64,000 nucleotides of DNA from Candidatus Marinacidobacterales bacterium (lineage in GTDB: Bacteria; Acidobacteriota; Vicinamibacteria; Marinacidobacterales; DATDRI01): contig CBDCNP010000002.1 of assembly GCA_965219415.1 (NCBI GenBank), positions 1,888,001-1,952,000 on the forward strand. Reading direction: 5' to 3'. This document shows positions 21,660 through 32,029 of the stretch, piece after piece. Under the pieces are notes generated by a model. That model was not told where the DNA came from. It ran no database searches and saw nothing but the letters and a program-made list of their open reading frames with translations. A program made the position numbers and the translations under genes. Numbering within the stretch: position 1 is the stretch's first letter; each line of letters opens with the position of its first letter.

Positions 21660-22355
21660 ATGACCCAACCCGATCGGCCGGCGGCCCGATTGAGCCGATT
21701 GAGTCGGATCGGAGGGCGGCTCTGCCTCGATTTCGTCAACACCGTGGGCTGGCGGTTCACCACCCGACCCAACGAATGGCTGCGAAGCTACAGCGACTTG
21801 GTTAACTGGAGCTTGCAGACCGGCGTCCTCGATCGAGCGCAAGCCAACGAGCTCCTACGATTGGCCCGCGGAACAGAGGAAGAAGCCGCGTCGACCCTGG
21901 CGCGGGCTCGGAAACTCCGCGAGGCCCTCTACCTACTGTTGGACAGATGGCGTCGAGGACGGTCCGAGGCCGAGGGAGAGCTGCGGCTTTTGAACCAGGA
22001 GCTGGGCCGGGCACCGGAGAGGTTGCGCCTTCGCTGGCAGAAGAGCGGTTTCGTTTGGGAGGAGAAACTGAGCCCCGTCTGTCTCGAGCGCGTGATCTGG
22101 CCGATCGCCTGGTCGGCTTCCGAGCTATTGACCACCGGCGTGCCGCAGCGACTCAAGCTCTGTGCCGGTGAAGGGTGCGGATGGTTTTACCTCGATGAAA
22201 GCCGCAACCGGAGCCGTCGGTGGTGCTCGATGAGCGATTGCGGCAATCGGGAAAAGGCTCGACGCCACTACGCCCGGAGCAAGGGCTCGGCCGGAAGCGC
22301 AACGAAGTCCAGAGGCTCTGGCGCTGTGGGCGCGAGAAGAAAGGCAAGGTTATGA
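21660..22355 (+). CDS. ABATE / CGNR zinc-finger protein
   Basis: 'GGRLCLDFVNT' and 'C...C.W.YLDESRNRSRRWCSMSDCGNR.K'. Confidence 0.93.
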   Translation: MTQPDRPAARLSRLSRIGGRLCLDFVNTVGWRFTTRPNEWLRSYSDLVNWSLQTGVLDRAQANELLRLARGTEEEAASTLARARKLREALYLLLDRWRRGRSEAEGELRLLNQELGRAPERLRLRWQKSGFVWEEKLSPVCLERVIWPIAWSASELLTTGVPQRLKLCAGEGCGWFYLDESRNRSRRWCSMSDCGNREKARRHYARSKGSAGSATKSRGSGAVGARRKARL

Positions 22356-22654
22356 TCGCGAGAATTTGGCACGGCATCGTCCCGGAAGCCAAGGCCGAGG
22401 CCTACACCGAGTATCTGAAGCGGACCGGTATTCCTGGCTACCGGGCGGCCCCCGGCAACCGTGGGGTCCAACTGCTTCGCTGCCTCGAGGACGGAAAGGC
22501 GCACTTTCTCCTGCTGACGCATTGGGAGTCGATGGACGCCATCCGTCGCTTCGCGGGAGACGACCCCGAGAAGGCTCGCTACTACCCGGAAGATGCCCAA
22601 TTTCTCATCGAGCTCGAGCCGCGGGTGAGGCATTACGAGCCGGTCGACGTTTGA
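22352..22654 (+). CDS. Antibiotic biosynthesis monooxygenase-like protein
   Basis: 'MIARIWHG...PGNRG...WESMDAIRRFAG.DPEKA.YYPED'. ATGA overlap with the upstream gene. Confidence 0.85.
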   Translation: MIARIWHGIVPEAKAEAYTEYLKRTGIPGYRAAPGNRGVQLLRCLEDGKAHFLLLTHWESMDAIRRFAGDDPEKARYYPEDAQFLIELEPRVRHYEPVDV

Positions 22655-22687
22655 GCTTCGACCTCGGGTTCCCAGATAATCACGAAC

Positions 22688-24186
22688 ATGGAGGTAGCTA
22701 TGACCGCACGAACGATTCGGCAATTAGGTTTCGTCTTACCGCTGCTGTTAGCGTTTGTATCTCCACCTCGGGCGCTTTGCGCTCAAAAGACACAGAAGAT
22801 CAGCAAGAATCTCATAAAGCGTGCGGAAAAGAGCGTCGAGGAAATTGAGAAGACCGAAAAGCAGCTCGAGACAACAGTTAAGAAATACAACGACCTTCTC
22901 AAGAAGAACAAAGTCAAAGACCGGCAGAAAGAATACAAAAAACTCAACGACGAGCTGAAAAAGACCGATAAGCGGGTGGGCGAGCTTCGCAAGCGCAACG
23001 ACGAGGTGCAGAAAGAGGCGAACAAGTTCTTCACCGAGTGGTCCAAGGGGCTGAGCAAGATCAACGATCCCCAGCTGCAGACCGCCGCTCAAGAGAACCT
23101 CGACCGAACCCAGTCCCGTTTCGGCGAGATCACTGCGGCCGGCAGCAAGGCCGGTGACGCTTACAACAAGTTTCTCACCGACTTGAAAAAACGGGTTTAC
23201 GCGGATTCGTGTGGGTAAGTTCTGACGGAAAAACAGTGTAACTCATTGTGTGGAAAAGGTATCGAGTACTTCATCAGGTGCTGAAAAGTGGTCCATTTTT
23301 AGGATAGGCTAACCGAGTGAAAAATTCCCAGTCGATCCGCTCGCTGTTTGCGCTGCCAGGTTTCGTGGTTGGTGCCGGATTGAAGGGTCTATTCGGTGAC
23401 CGATACGCCCGTGTCATCCAGCTCAAGAGGCGAAAAAAACAGCTGTGTGCTCTTACTGTGGGCAACGGTGCCGGGACAAGTTTCATATCATGCGTCATCT
23501 GTCAAAGGCCCTCGATGAGGTCCGGCGCGGTGAGTACAAACGCCTCAGCGGCAAGGACCGGTCGTACATCAAGGGGCAGCGTTACACTTTGCTTTCCCGG
23601 CGGGAGAACCTGAGCCTAGACGGTCGCCGCGCACTCAAAAAGTTGCTCCAGGCCAACCGGCGCCTGAACACCGCCTATATTTTGAAGGAGGCCTTCGGGC
23701 AACTCTGGGATTACCGCACCGAACGCGGCGCTCGCGCCTTTTTCACCCGTTGGAAAGACAGCCTCAAATGGCAACGCCTGCATCCGTACCAGAAGTTCGC
23801 CGGTATGATTTGAGTCCCATTGGGATGGTATCGCCTCCTACTGTCATCCGGAGAACAAAGTCAGTCTCGGCCTAGTTGAAGGGGTCAACAACAAAATCCG
23901 TGTTCTGCAAACGACGCGCCTACGGCTATCGCGACGAGGAATATCTCAAGCTGAAGATCGTGGCGGCTTTCCTTCCGCCATTACCCAGAAATGCAGTTTT
24001 CAACCCACACGAATCCGCGTAGACCCAAAAAAACAGACTAGCTATCTGGCCCTCGACATGAGCGACGACGCGATGGCGAAACTGAAGGCGGCCCAGCAAA
24101 CGACGAACGCCGACGCGAAAGCGCTCTTCAAGTCGATCGATGACCTCGCCGACGCTACCAACAGCTACATCAAGTCTTTGAAATAG
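22688..24186 (+). pseudogene. Secreted coiled-coil protein (DUF2959-like) split by ISL3
   Basis: 'FFTEWSKGLSKINDPQL'. Removing the IS gives DLKK|QTSYLALDMSDDAMAKLK...YIKSLK* (stop at 24184-24186). Confidence 0.8.
23193..24027 (+). mobile_element. ISL3 copy with a 552-bp internal deletion (non-autonomous)
   Basis: Near-identical to 6787-8171 but lacks the stretch matching 7070-7621. 7-bp TSD AAAAAAC at 23186-23192 and 24028-24034. Confidence 0.95.
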
Positions 24187-24298
24187 AACGGTTGAGAGTG
24201 TGATCCTTGTCCTATCTGGGACGCGGACCTTCCAGTAGGTTAGTCCACTGCCCGATTGTTCTCGCTGAAGAGCTATCCACGCGCCGAGGGAGGTAGAG

Positions 24299-25190
24299 AT
24301 GCCCCAGATCACGAAGCAGCAAAAGGGAAGCCTGCGATACCGCACAGAAAGCACTCAAAGGAAACCCGGGAGTCGTCTCGGTGGGGGTTGGCTACCGCTA
24401 CCGTAACGGTAAGCGCACCGACGAGGTCTGTATTGTCGTCGGCGTCAAGAAGAAGCTTCCGGAGGAGCAGGTTCCGGCCGGGCAAATGGCGTCATCGAGT
24501 ACGGAGAGCTGAAGCCACACTCACTTACCCAGCGGAGGCGCCCTTGTCCTCCCGGCTACTCTATCGGGCACCCGCAGATTACCGCCGGCACGTTGGGTGC
24601 ATGGGTGAAGCGCGGCACCGGCCAGGAGCACTACATCCTCTCCAACAACCACGTGATCGCCAATTCGAATGACACGACCCTGGGCGTCCTCATTCGACAG
24701 CCGGGTCCCGCCGACGGTGGTACGGATGACGATCGCATCGCTCGGTTGACCGAGTACGTCCAGATTCGCTTCGATGACGATCAGAACGGAAACGGCGGCA
24801 AGAAATCCAGCTCCTCTTTCGCGTGGAAGGCGTGGAAGTGGCCCGCCAATTTTCTGGCACGCGCGATGGGCTGTCCTTACCGATTAATGGTGGCGCGGCC
24901 GAACCTCGTCGATCAGCCACACCCCAATCTGGTCGACGCCGCTATTGCTCAGGTCATCCTGGAGAGCAACGTGGACCAGGACATTCCAGAGATCGGCGAG
25001 ATCCAGGGGATCGCAGACCTGCAGCTCGGCGACCGTGTTCAGAAGACCGGGCGAACTACCGAGCACACCACCGGCATGGTGGAGGTGGTGGGAGCGGAAA
25101 GTATCGTGAATTACGGTGCCGGCAAGGGCAACGCCACCTTCAACGATCAGCTTGTCATCAGAGCGGACAGTGGAGATTTTTCTGCCCGCG
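24299..25190 (+). pseudogene. Trypsin-like (S1/Nal1-type) serine protease, frameshifted and truncated
   Basis: 'VVSVGVGYRYRNGKRTDEVCIVVGVKKKLP', 'TAGTLG', 'ILSNNHV', 'VDAAIA', 'VQKTGRTT'. Stops before the GDSG motif. Confidence 0.8.
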
Positions 25191-26953
25191 CGGGCATGTC
25201 TCTGGAGCCGATCCTGCGCAGCCGACTCGCCTCCCGATAGCTCGTTCAGGTTGTCGTTAATGTAGTCTCGGGCACGTTCGTCTCCGACGGCGAAGACGTC
25301 GAGACTCTCGAGCGCCTTGACCTCGCGCTCGTAGCCTCGAGCAACAATGTTGGCCGCCTCCCGGAGATCCTCCTGGGGATCCTTCGGGGACGATTGCCAC
25401 AAGAGATCCATGGCGCGGCGTTCCTCCCCCGCAAGGCGCGCCCGGGCTTTACCCAGTGCGTTTTGAACAAGCACGGGTATTTCCCGGGGGCCCGCATTGG
25501 CCAGAATGTACGCAGACGCACCGACGATAACGGTGGCGCGCTTCATTTGTGTTGCGTCGGCGCGCTCTTTGGTATCCTCATTGGTCCCGATGTACGGATC
25601 GGGTCAGGTGTTGAGCAATACCGCGTTAATACCGAGTGGCGTGACGTCCTCGTGATCGCTAGGTCCCCAGAACTCTTCGATCTTGTAGAAAAACTGATCG
25701 CGACTCCCCGATGGTTCTAGTATTGGCAGAAGGAACTGGACTCCGCGATGCGGGAGTGAGGTCGTATTGCCGGCGGCCACGGTTTCGAACATCTCTTGGA
25801 CCACGTCATTGACGAACGAAGGCGTAGAAAAAGGGGTCCGGTAGAGTCGGAGTATGGACTTGCTGAGCTCCTGGTGATCGCCCACCATGTCCAGGTTGAG
25901 AAGCGCCAGCACCGATGGGATCGCTTCCGGGTTCTGGTAAAAGTAATAAATGATCGCCTTGTGCTCTGCACCCCAAATGAAATGGATGTTTCGGCGAGGC
26001 CTCGGGAGTTTGCCGCCGGCAATGAGGGAAGCGAGAGTCCGGGCCAAATCTACCGTCGCCCCCACGCCGGTCAGGTTGTTGCCTCCCGCTGAGCTTCGGT
26101 AGTTGTTGTGAGCTTGGATCCAAACCGCGGGTAGATCCGGCTCGGTACCCGGAATCGTGGCGTGGACCTGTGGGTAGTAACCGTCGCGCCGCGTCTCGGT
26201 GTCTACCCCGGCGTGCAGGACGAGTCGTTCTCCTGCTCGTAGCCGCTCGGAAAGCTCCCGGCCGGCACGATAAGAAATGGAAAAAGCAAAAGCAGGAGGC
26301 TCGCCGTTCGGGCCATCCCGGTGGTCGAGGGAGGCCGAGCGGATGAGGTCCGGCTCATCGTAGTGGTTCTGAACGCGGTAAACCAAAACGCCCGCCGCTT
26401 TGTTCTCCCAAACCGCGAGACTGTGAACGTCGCCGGCGCTGCCAGAGGCGAGAACGATTTTGCCTGCCACCGACTTGCCTTCGTAATCCGACGGGGAGGT
26501 GCCGGCTCCCACATCCACGAGCTCGGTGGTGATGTCCGCACTGCGACTGAACCGCGCCAAGTAGCCCCGATATGCGTCGAAGCTCGCAATCCTCTTTCGT
26601 TCCGGCTCGACGAGCCAAAGCTCTGCCCTCTTGGCTTCCCACCATGGCTCGGACCGAAACGCCCAATAGAAGAGCTTCCCGTCTGACGGAAACTTCTCGA
26701 TGTGGACGTTGGATAACCCGGAAGCTCTTGCCCGCTCGGCCAGGTATTCCGCGATCTGTTCGGCCCCTCGCGACGGGGCGTAACCGGAAAAGGCAAGCAA
26801 GTTCCCGAAGTGGACCAGCCCCTTCTCGCCCGAGCTTTCGTCGATGAGAGCCTTGAACGACCGGTCGTCTATAAGTGTCGAAGATTGCCCTGACGCCAAA
26901 CCACTGGCGCCGCAAACATAAAGGACGGCCGCGAAAAGGACCCCTGGTTTCAT
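25190..26953 (-). pseudogene. M28-family peptidase with PA domain, frameshifted near 25605 and 3'-truncated
   Basis: Signal peptide, 'VDVGAG...DYEGKSVAGKIVL', 'WGAE', 'LNLDMVG', 'GPSDH'. Confidence 0.8.
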
Positions 26954-27246
26954 TGCCGTCGCCTCCTTTCCTGCCCGCCGACTGCTTGTGAAACTTTTCT
27001 GCGGACTGCTATACCACATTCCTTTTGGGGTACCAAAACCTCTCAAACCCCTTCAATCGTGGGCGCTTCCGCGGCCTGTGGAAATCCCTGTGGAAAACTA
27101 CCGGGGCCGACGTTTCAGCTGGCCAAGTATCTGCCTGGCTTGAACTTTGCCGGATAGGCTCAGATTGGGATATGTGGAAAAAGGGCTGTCGAGCGGCGGC
27201 TTCTCAGGCGAAATCGCCGTCCGGTCTAATAAAGTTAGGGCCTCGC

Positions 27247-28511
27247 TTAGGGACGCTTTTCGACCTCGCCACCCTTCATCACGAACCGTACCTCCTCCAT
27301 CACATCGATCCGCTGAATCGGGTCGCCGGGCACCGCCACAAGATCGGCTAGTCGTCCCGCCTCGATAACACCTCGATCCTCGAGACCAAGGAGATCTGCG
27401 GCATAGAGCGTGGCTGTTCGCACGGCCTCGAGCGGACTCATCCCACGATCCACGAGGGAGAGGAACTCCAGAAGGTTCTCGCCATGTGGATAAACGGCTG
27501 CGTCGGTTCCGAAAGCGATTTTGACGCCGGTTTTCGAATCGCCCGCCTGAGGCTTTCCTTGGCGATGGGCATCACATACTCCGCCTTGGCCCGAATGAGC
27601 GGTGGCAACGCGTCCAGATCGATGGAATCGGCCAAGTAGGTGGTCGGCACGAGGTAGGTTCCCTTCTTCTTCATCAACCGGATCGCCTCATCGTCGAGCA
27701 TCGACCCGTGCTCGATAGAGGCGACGCCGGCTCGGACCGCCGCGATGATCCCCTCCGTCCCGTGCGCGTGAGCAGCCACTTTGACCCCGTGGCGCTCCGC
27801 TTCCTCCACCATCGCCCGGAGCTCCTCGTAGGAATATTGCTGGGCGCCGACTGGCCCCTCGAAGGACAGAACGCCGGCCGTTGCACACGTCTTGATCACT
27901 TTCGCGCCGTGCTTGATCTGATAGCGAACCGCCTCGATCACCTCGTCGACGCCGTCGGCGATCCCTTCCTCGGGTCCCAGCTCGCGAATCCCCGGCGCAA
28001 AGCCGGTGGCATCGCAATGCCCACCGGTGATTCCGAGCGAGTTACGCGAGGGAATGACCCGAGGACTCTGGACCCGACCCTTTTCTTCCGCCCGGCTCAA
28101 AGCCACCGTGACCTGTCCACCGAAATCCCGTACCGTGGTGAATCCCGCCATCAACGTCTTACGCGCATTGCCGACACTTCGGTATGCCACGTCGGCGGGC
28201 CCCTCGACGACTTCGAGCATCCAAAACCCCGGCTCGAGGTCGTGCACAAGGTGGGTGTGGAGATCCATCAACCCCGGAAGAAGCGTCACGTCACCAAGGT
28301 CCAGGATCTTTGCTCCTCCAGGGGTCGATGAGGGGTTAACAGAGACGATCCTCTCGCCTTCGATCACGACAACGGCATCTTTAACAATCTCGCCCGCGAC
28401 GACGTCCAGCATCCGAGCCGCTCGCAAGACCGTCACCTCCGATGGAGTCTGCGCGGAGGCAGAACTGACAAGGAACGAGGAAATCAACAGCATCGTTAAG
28501 CGCAGTTTCAT
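27247..28511 (-). pseudogene. Xaa-Pro dipeptidase-like amidohydrolase with C-terminal frameshifts
   Basis: 'PGLMDLHTH', 'GFTTVRD', 'AHAHG', 'SIEHG', 'GRLADLVAV.GDP'. Confidence 0.88.
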
Positions 28512-28567
28512 CTTTCTCTACTCCTTTTCAGGATGCGGAGGGGTGATGCGGTTGGTGAGGTCGAGGT

Positions 28568-29662
28568 CTACTCGATCGCGATGGGAGTCGGGACCTTGGT
28601 AACGGCGCAAGAGCGACATATCGATTCGCCCTCGGAACCAGGTTTGTCCCAAGTTCGCTCCCGGTGCGCTTCGCGGATGCGATCGAAGTTTGGACTCGCC
28701 CAGGATTCGCGGACGCTTAGACGAGGGCTCGCGGCTCCTTCGACCACCGGGCCGCCGTCGATCTCCAGGGTGAATCCCTGACAACATGGCATGGTGTGCT
28801 TGCCGTCCCAGGTCACCACCATCCGGCGAAAGGAATCCGTACATTGGAACTCTTCGGCGTTCAGCTGGCGCCACTGCGCCGCTTTCCAATGATGCTCCGA
28901 GCCGGCCGGAAAGTAGCACTCGCTTACCGACATCCAGTCGACGCCCATCTTGTCCTTCCAGAATTCTTCCATGCGCCCGCTATCCACGGCTTGCGCGTTC
29001 AAGTGGGTCCGGACGACAGAGGCGCGGATTCGACAATCGGGTGCCGCCTTGCCGCTTGCCCGAGTTTCGACCGCTCGGCGGACCGAGTTCAGCAGAACTT
29101 CCCAATCCCCACCCACCCTCTGGCGCCGGTAGCCCTCTTCATCACAGGCGTCGACGGAGAACATTAGATCCGTAATCCCCGCTTCGACGATCTCGGCGAA
29201 CAGATCCGGGTTCTTGCGACCGAGGCCGTTTCCGTTGGAGTTCATCATGATGTCCGGGAACTCCAACTCGACGGCGCGCGCTACGAAGTCCGCGATCTCG
29301 GGGTGCAGCGACGGCTCACCCCGGTAGTTCAGCTTGATGGAGCTCACTCCGATGTCCGCGCATTGGCGAAGCAAAACGTTGTACAGGTGGGGGTCCATGT
29401 AGCCGCGCATGTAGGTGTGATCCTCGAACCCTTGCGTCCGGATGTGCTCATGAGTCCATATCTGGCAAAAACCCTCCGGGTCTTCCTCCGAGCTGCCGCA
29501 GCGAAGGTCACACACCGCGACCGATTCCAGATCGACGTGCACGGGGTGGTCGGACGCATCGAGCTCCTCTCCCCGGCGGTCCCACTCCAACCGGTACTGC
29601 TCGTAGCGTTGGCTCCGCGTGGGGGCCTCTCCCAGGACTCTAAAGGTAGGGTCTTTACTCAT
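28568..29662 (-). CDS. Radical SAM / SPASM(twitch)-domain protein
   Basis: 'CDLRC..(10)..C', 'LNYRGEPSLHP', 'NSNG', 'FSVDA', and C-terminal 'C...F...W....PCC...C..C'. Confidence 0.85.
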   Translation of the reverse strand: MSKDPTFRVLGEAPTRSQRYEQYRLEWDRRGEELDASDHPVHVDLESVAVCDLRCGSSEEDPEGFCQIWTHEHIRTQGFEDHTYMRGYMDPHLYNVLLRQCADIGVSSIKLNYRGEPSLHPEIADFVARAVELEFPDIMMNSNGNGLGRKNPDLFAEIVEAGITDLMFSVDACDEEGYRRQRVGGDWEVLLNSVRRAVETRASGKAAPDCRIRASVVRTHLNAQAVDSGRMEEFWKDKMGVDWMSVSECYFPAGSEHHWKAAQWRQLNAEEFQCTDSFRRMVVTWDGKHTMPCCQGFTLEIDGGPVVEGAASPRLSVRESWASPNFDRIREAHRERTWDKPGSEGESICRSCAVTKVPTPIAIE

Positions 29663-29667
29663 AGCGA

Positions 29668-31040
29668 GAGCTCTTGTCAATAGGTGTGTAAAAAAGTTCA
29701 GGCAGCAGCAACCTTCGACGACTCCGTTACCCTGTCTCCATCTTCAAATCGAACGCCCAGGTGAACCTCTCGCATCAGCTCCGGTGCGTTGAGCCGGCGA
29801 AAATTCTTCTCCGCAACCAGAAGCAGTTTGAAGATTGTCGCAGTGGCGGACTCGACTTTCTTGAACCTTTTGGCCGCATCCGTTCTCAATCTCAGTGCAG
29901 CGAACGGTGACTCCACGACGTTGCTCGTGCGAAGGTGTTGCCAGTGAGGCTTGGGAAAGGAATAGAAGCTGACCATCCGCTCCCAGTCCTCGTCGAGCAC
30001 GTGCGCGGCCCCCGGAAGACCCTTGCGCAAGCACCAATCCTGGAACTTGGCCTTCTTCGTCTCGCACTCCTGCAGGCTGGTGGGGTAGGGGATCGCCGTC
30101 AACAGCGGCTTGGCCTGCGCCTGGTCCCTTTTCGGAATCCGGTCCAGTACGTTGAGGATTCGGTGGTTCCAGCACCGCTGCTCCTCAGCTTCTGGAAATA
30201 CGTTTCGGGTCGCGGCCCAGATGCCGAGATGACCGTCACCGATCACCAAACGGGGACATCTCAGACCGCGCTTCTTCAGTCTCCGTAGCAGCGACGACCA
30301 TGACGCTTCGGATTCTCGATGCCCGGCCTCCAGCGTCAGGACGATTTTCGTCCCGTCGGACAGGCCACCAACCGCAACTAGCACCGCCGCCTTGTCCTTC
30401 TCAAGGCCGGCCTTCACGTACACGCCATCTATCCACAGGGACACGAGCTTGAGTTCGTCCAGTGGGCGAGCTAGCCACTGCTCGTACTCTCCCTGCCATT
30501 TTCTGTTTCAGCCGCGACACCGTGCTGGGAGAAAGTGGAGCGTCCTCCCCTAGAAGCCCGCGGAGCGCCAAATCGAAATCTCCGTGAGCTAATCCATGCA
30601 GGTACAGCTCCGGAATCAACTCGCTCACCGTTTCGCTCCGACGCTTGAACAGCGGAAGCACTCGACTTTCGAACCTCTCCTCCACGTCCCGTACTCTCGG
30701 CCGGCGAACCGTCACTGTGCCCACGCTCATCGTCAGCTTCCGAGGCTTACCGTATCCATTTCGATAGCCCGCCGTTGTGTCCACGGGCTTCCGTCTCTCC
30801 GATTTCTCACGCCCGAGAAGCTCCGTGACTTCGGCTACCATCAGCTCCTGCACCCAATCCTGGATCTCGAGCCTCGCCCACTTCTCCAGCGACTCCCAAG
30901 CCACCCTTGACGAGCTCCGTCGTCTTGTGGTCTTTTCCTTCATGGCGGTGTCTCCTTCCGTTGGCCCCTTCACGCCGTGTTTCGTGACGCGGAAGGTTAC
31001 TCCGCCTTTACTTTATTTCCACACCTTCTGAGGGTAGCTC
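29668..31040 (-). mobile_element. IS256-family element (type C)
   Basis: Inverted repeats GAGCTCTTGTCAATAGGTGTG / CACACCTTCTGAGGGTAGCTC. 8-bp TSD CATAGCGA at 29660-29667 and 31041-31048. Confidence 0.93.
29698..30943 (-). pseudogene. IS256 transposase with a frameshift near 30500
   Basis: 'YRNGYGKPR', 'LYLHGLA.GDF', 'WIDGVY', 'IGDGHLG', 'QRCWNH', 'LRTSNVVES'. Confidence 0.9.
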
Positions 31041-31109
31041 CATAGCGACGTCCAGCGGCCCTAAGTCTAACGGTTTTGCGTCGGTCAAGCCACACGCCCG
31101 AAATTTGAT

Positions 31110-31496
31110 CGATTAGCGGTAGCGGGCCTCCCAAGGACGGAGGCGGTCATAGAGGCGGGGGTCATCCGGCTGCGGCCGGTGCTCTTGACCGCGGTGACCA
31201 CGGTGCTAGGGCTCATTCCCTTGACCGTCGGTATGAACATCGACTTCTTCAACTGGACTATCACCACCGGCGGGGAATCCTCTCAATGGTGGAGCTCGAT
31301 GGGGGTAGCCGTCATCTTCGATCTGAGCGTCGCGACGGTGCTGACTCTGATTGTCGTGCCGGTGACCTACCACAGCTTAGAAGAACTTTCCGGCTCGATG
31401 CAGCGACTACCGGACCGGTTGCGCGGTTCCCGAAAACGTGCGGGCGGCGGGGAGTTCAAAGCCGATAAGCACGAAACCAAGTCAGTCGACGGGTAG
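31110..31496 (+). pseudogene. C-terminal fragment of an RND/AcrB efflux permease
   Basis: 'EAGVIRLRPVLLTAVTTVLGLIPL...MGVAVIF.L..AT.LTL.VVP'. No upstream gene body. Confidence 0.85.
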
Positions 31497-31499
31497 CGA

Positions 31500-31529
31500 T
31501 TGATGAGCCCCGGTTGCGCCGGCTATAAT
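31500..31529 (+). promoter_or_regulatory. Sigma70-type promoter upstream of the RNA genes and dnaX
   Basis: TTGATG-N18-TATAAT. Confidence 0.6.
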
Positions 31530-31732
31530 TCACTCCTCCGACATCCCGGGTCCATCATTAAGGCGAAGGCAAGCCTCGTCGGTCGGGTCGGAGCGCCGGG
31601 TGTGGCCTCGAGATTGGCGGCCGGAGCATGCGAAGTGGCTCCTCAATCATTAGAGGCAGCTCTTCTTCCCCAGGTGGCCCGTGGTGGCCCCCTAAGAGAC
31701 GACGACGTGATGCGAAGGAGATCGAGGAATGC

Positions 31733-31822
31733 GGAGGGGTGCAAGAGCGGCTTATCTGGCGAGCCCGGAAAGCTCGTGTACGGGCAACCGTACCGTGGGT
31801 TCGAATCCCACCCCCTCCGCCA
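31733..31822 (+). tRNA. tRNA-Ser (anticodon GGA)
   Basis: 90 nt with a long variable arm. CGAGC-CC-GGA-AA-GCTCG, GGTTCGAATCC, CCA end. Confidence 0.93.
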
Positions 31823-31871
31823 CGCGAACCGCACTTTGTGCGCACTAAGGATTTCGAAAGGACGTTGAGCT

Positions 31872-31984
31872 GCCCTGCGGTTCAGGTCCTGCGCGAGCCG
31901 AACCTGTGAACCCCGTCAGGCCCGGAAGGGAGCAGCGGTAAGCAGATCCTCGACTGTGCCGCAGGAGAACCTGGACCGCAGGGC
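31872..31984 (+). ncRNA. ffs: Signal recognition particle RNA (small type)
   Basis: Core GTCAGGCCCGGAAGGGAGCAGC. Ends pair (GCCCTGCGGT / ACCGCAGGGC). Directly upstream of dnaX. Confidence 0.95.
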
Positions 31985-32029
31985 TTAATAGCGAGCTCGG
32001 CAAAAGCGAGCGAAGACAAGCGACGACAA

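Noticed and set aside
31565-31670. Possible tRNA-Sec near the tRNA-Ser gene
   Set aside because: No TCA anticodon arm, T-loop or acceptor stem on either strand.
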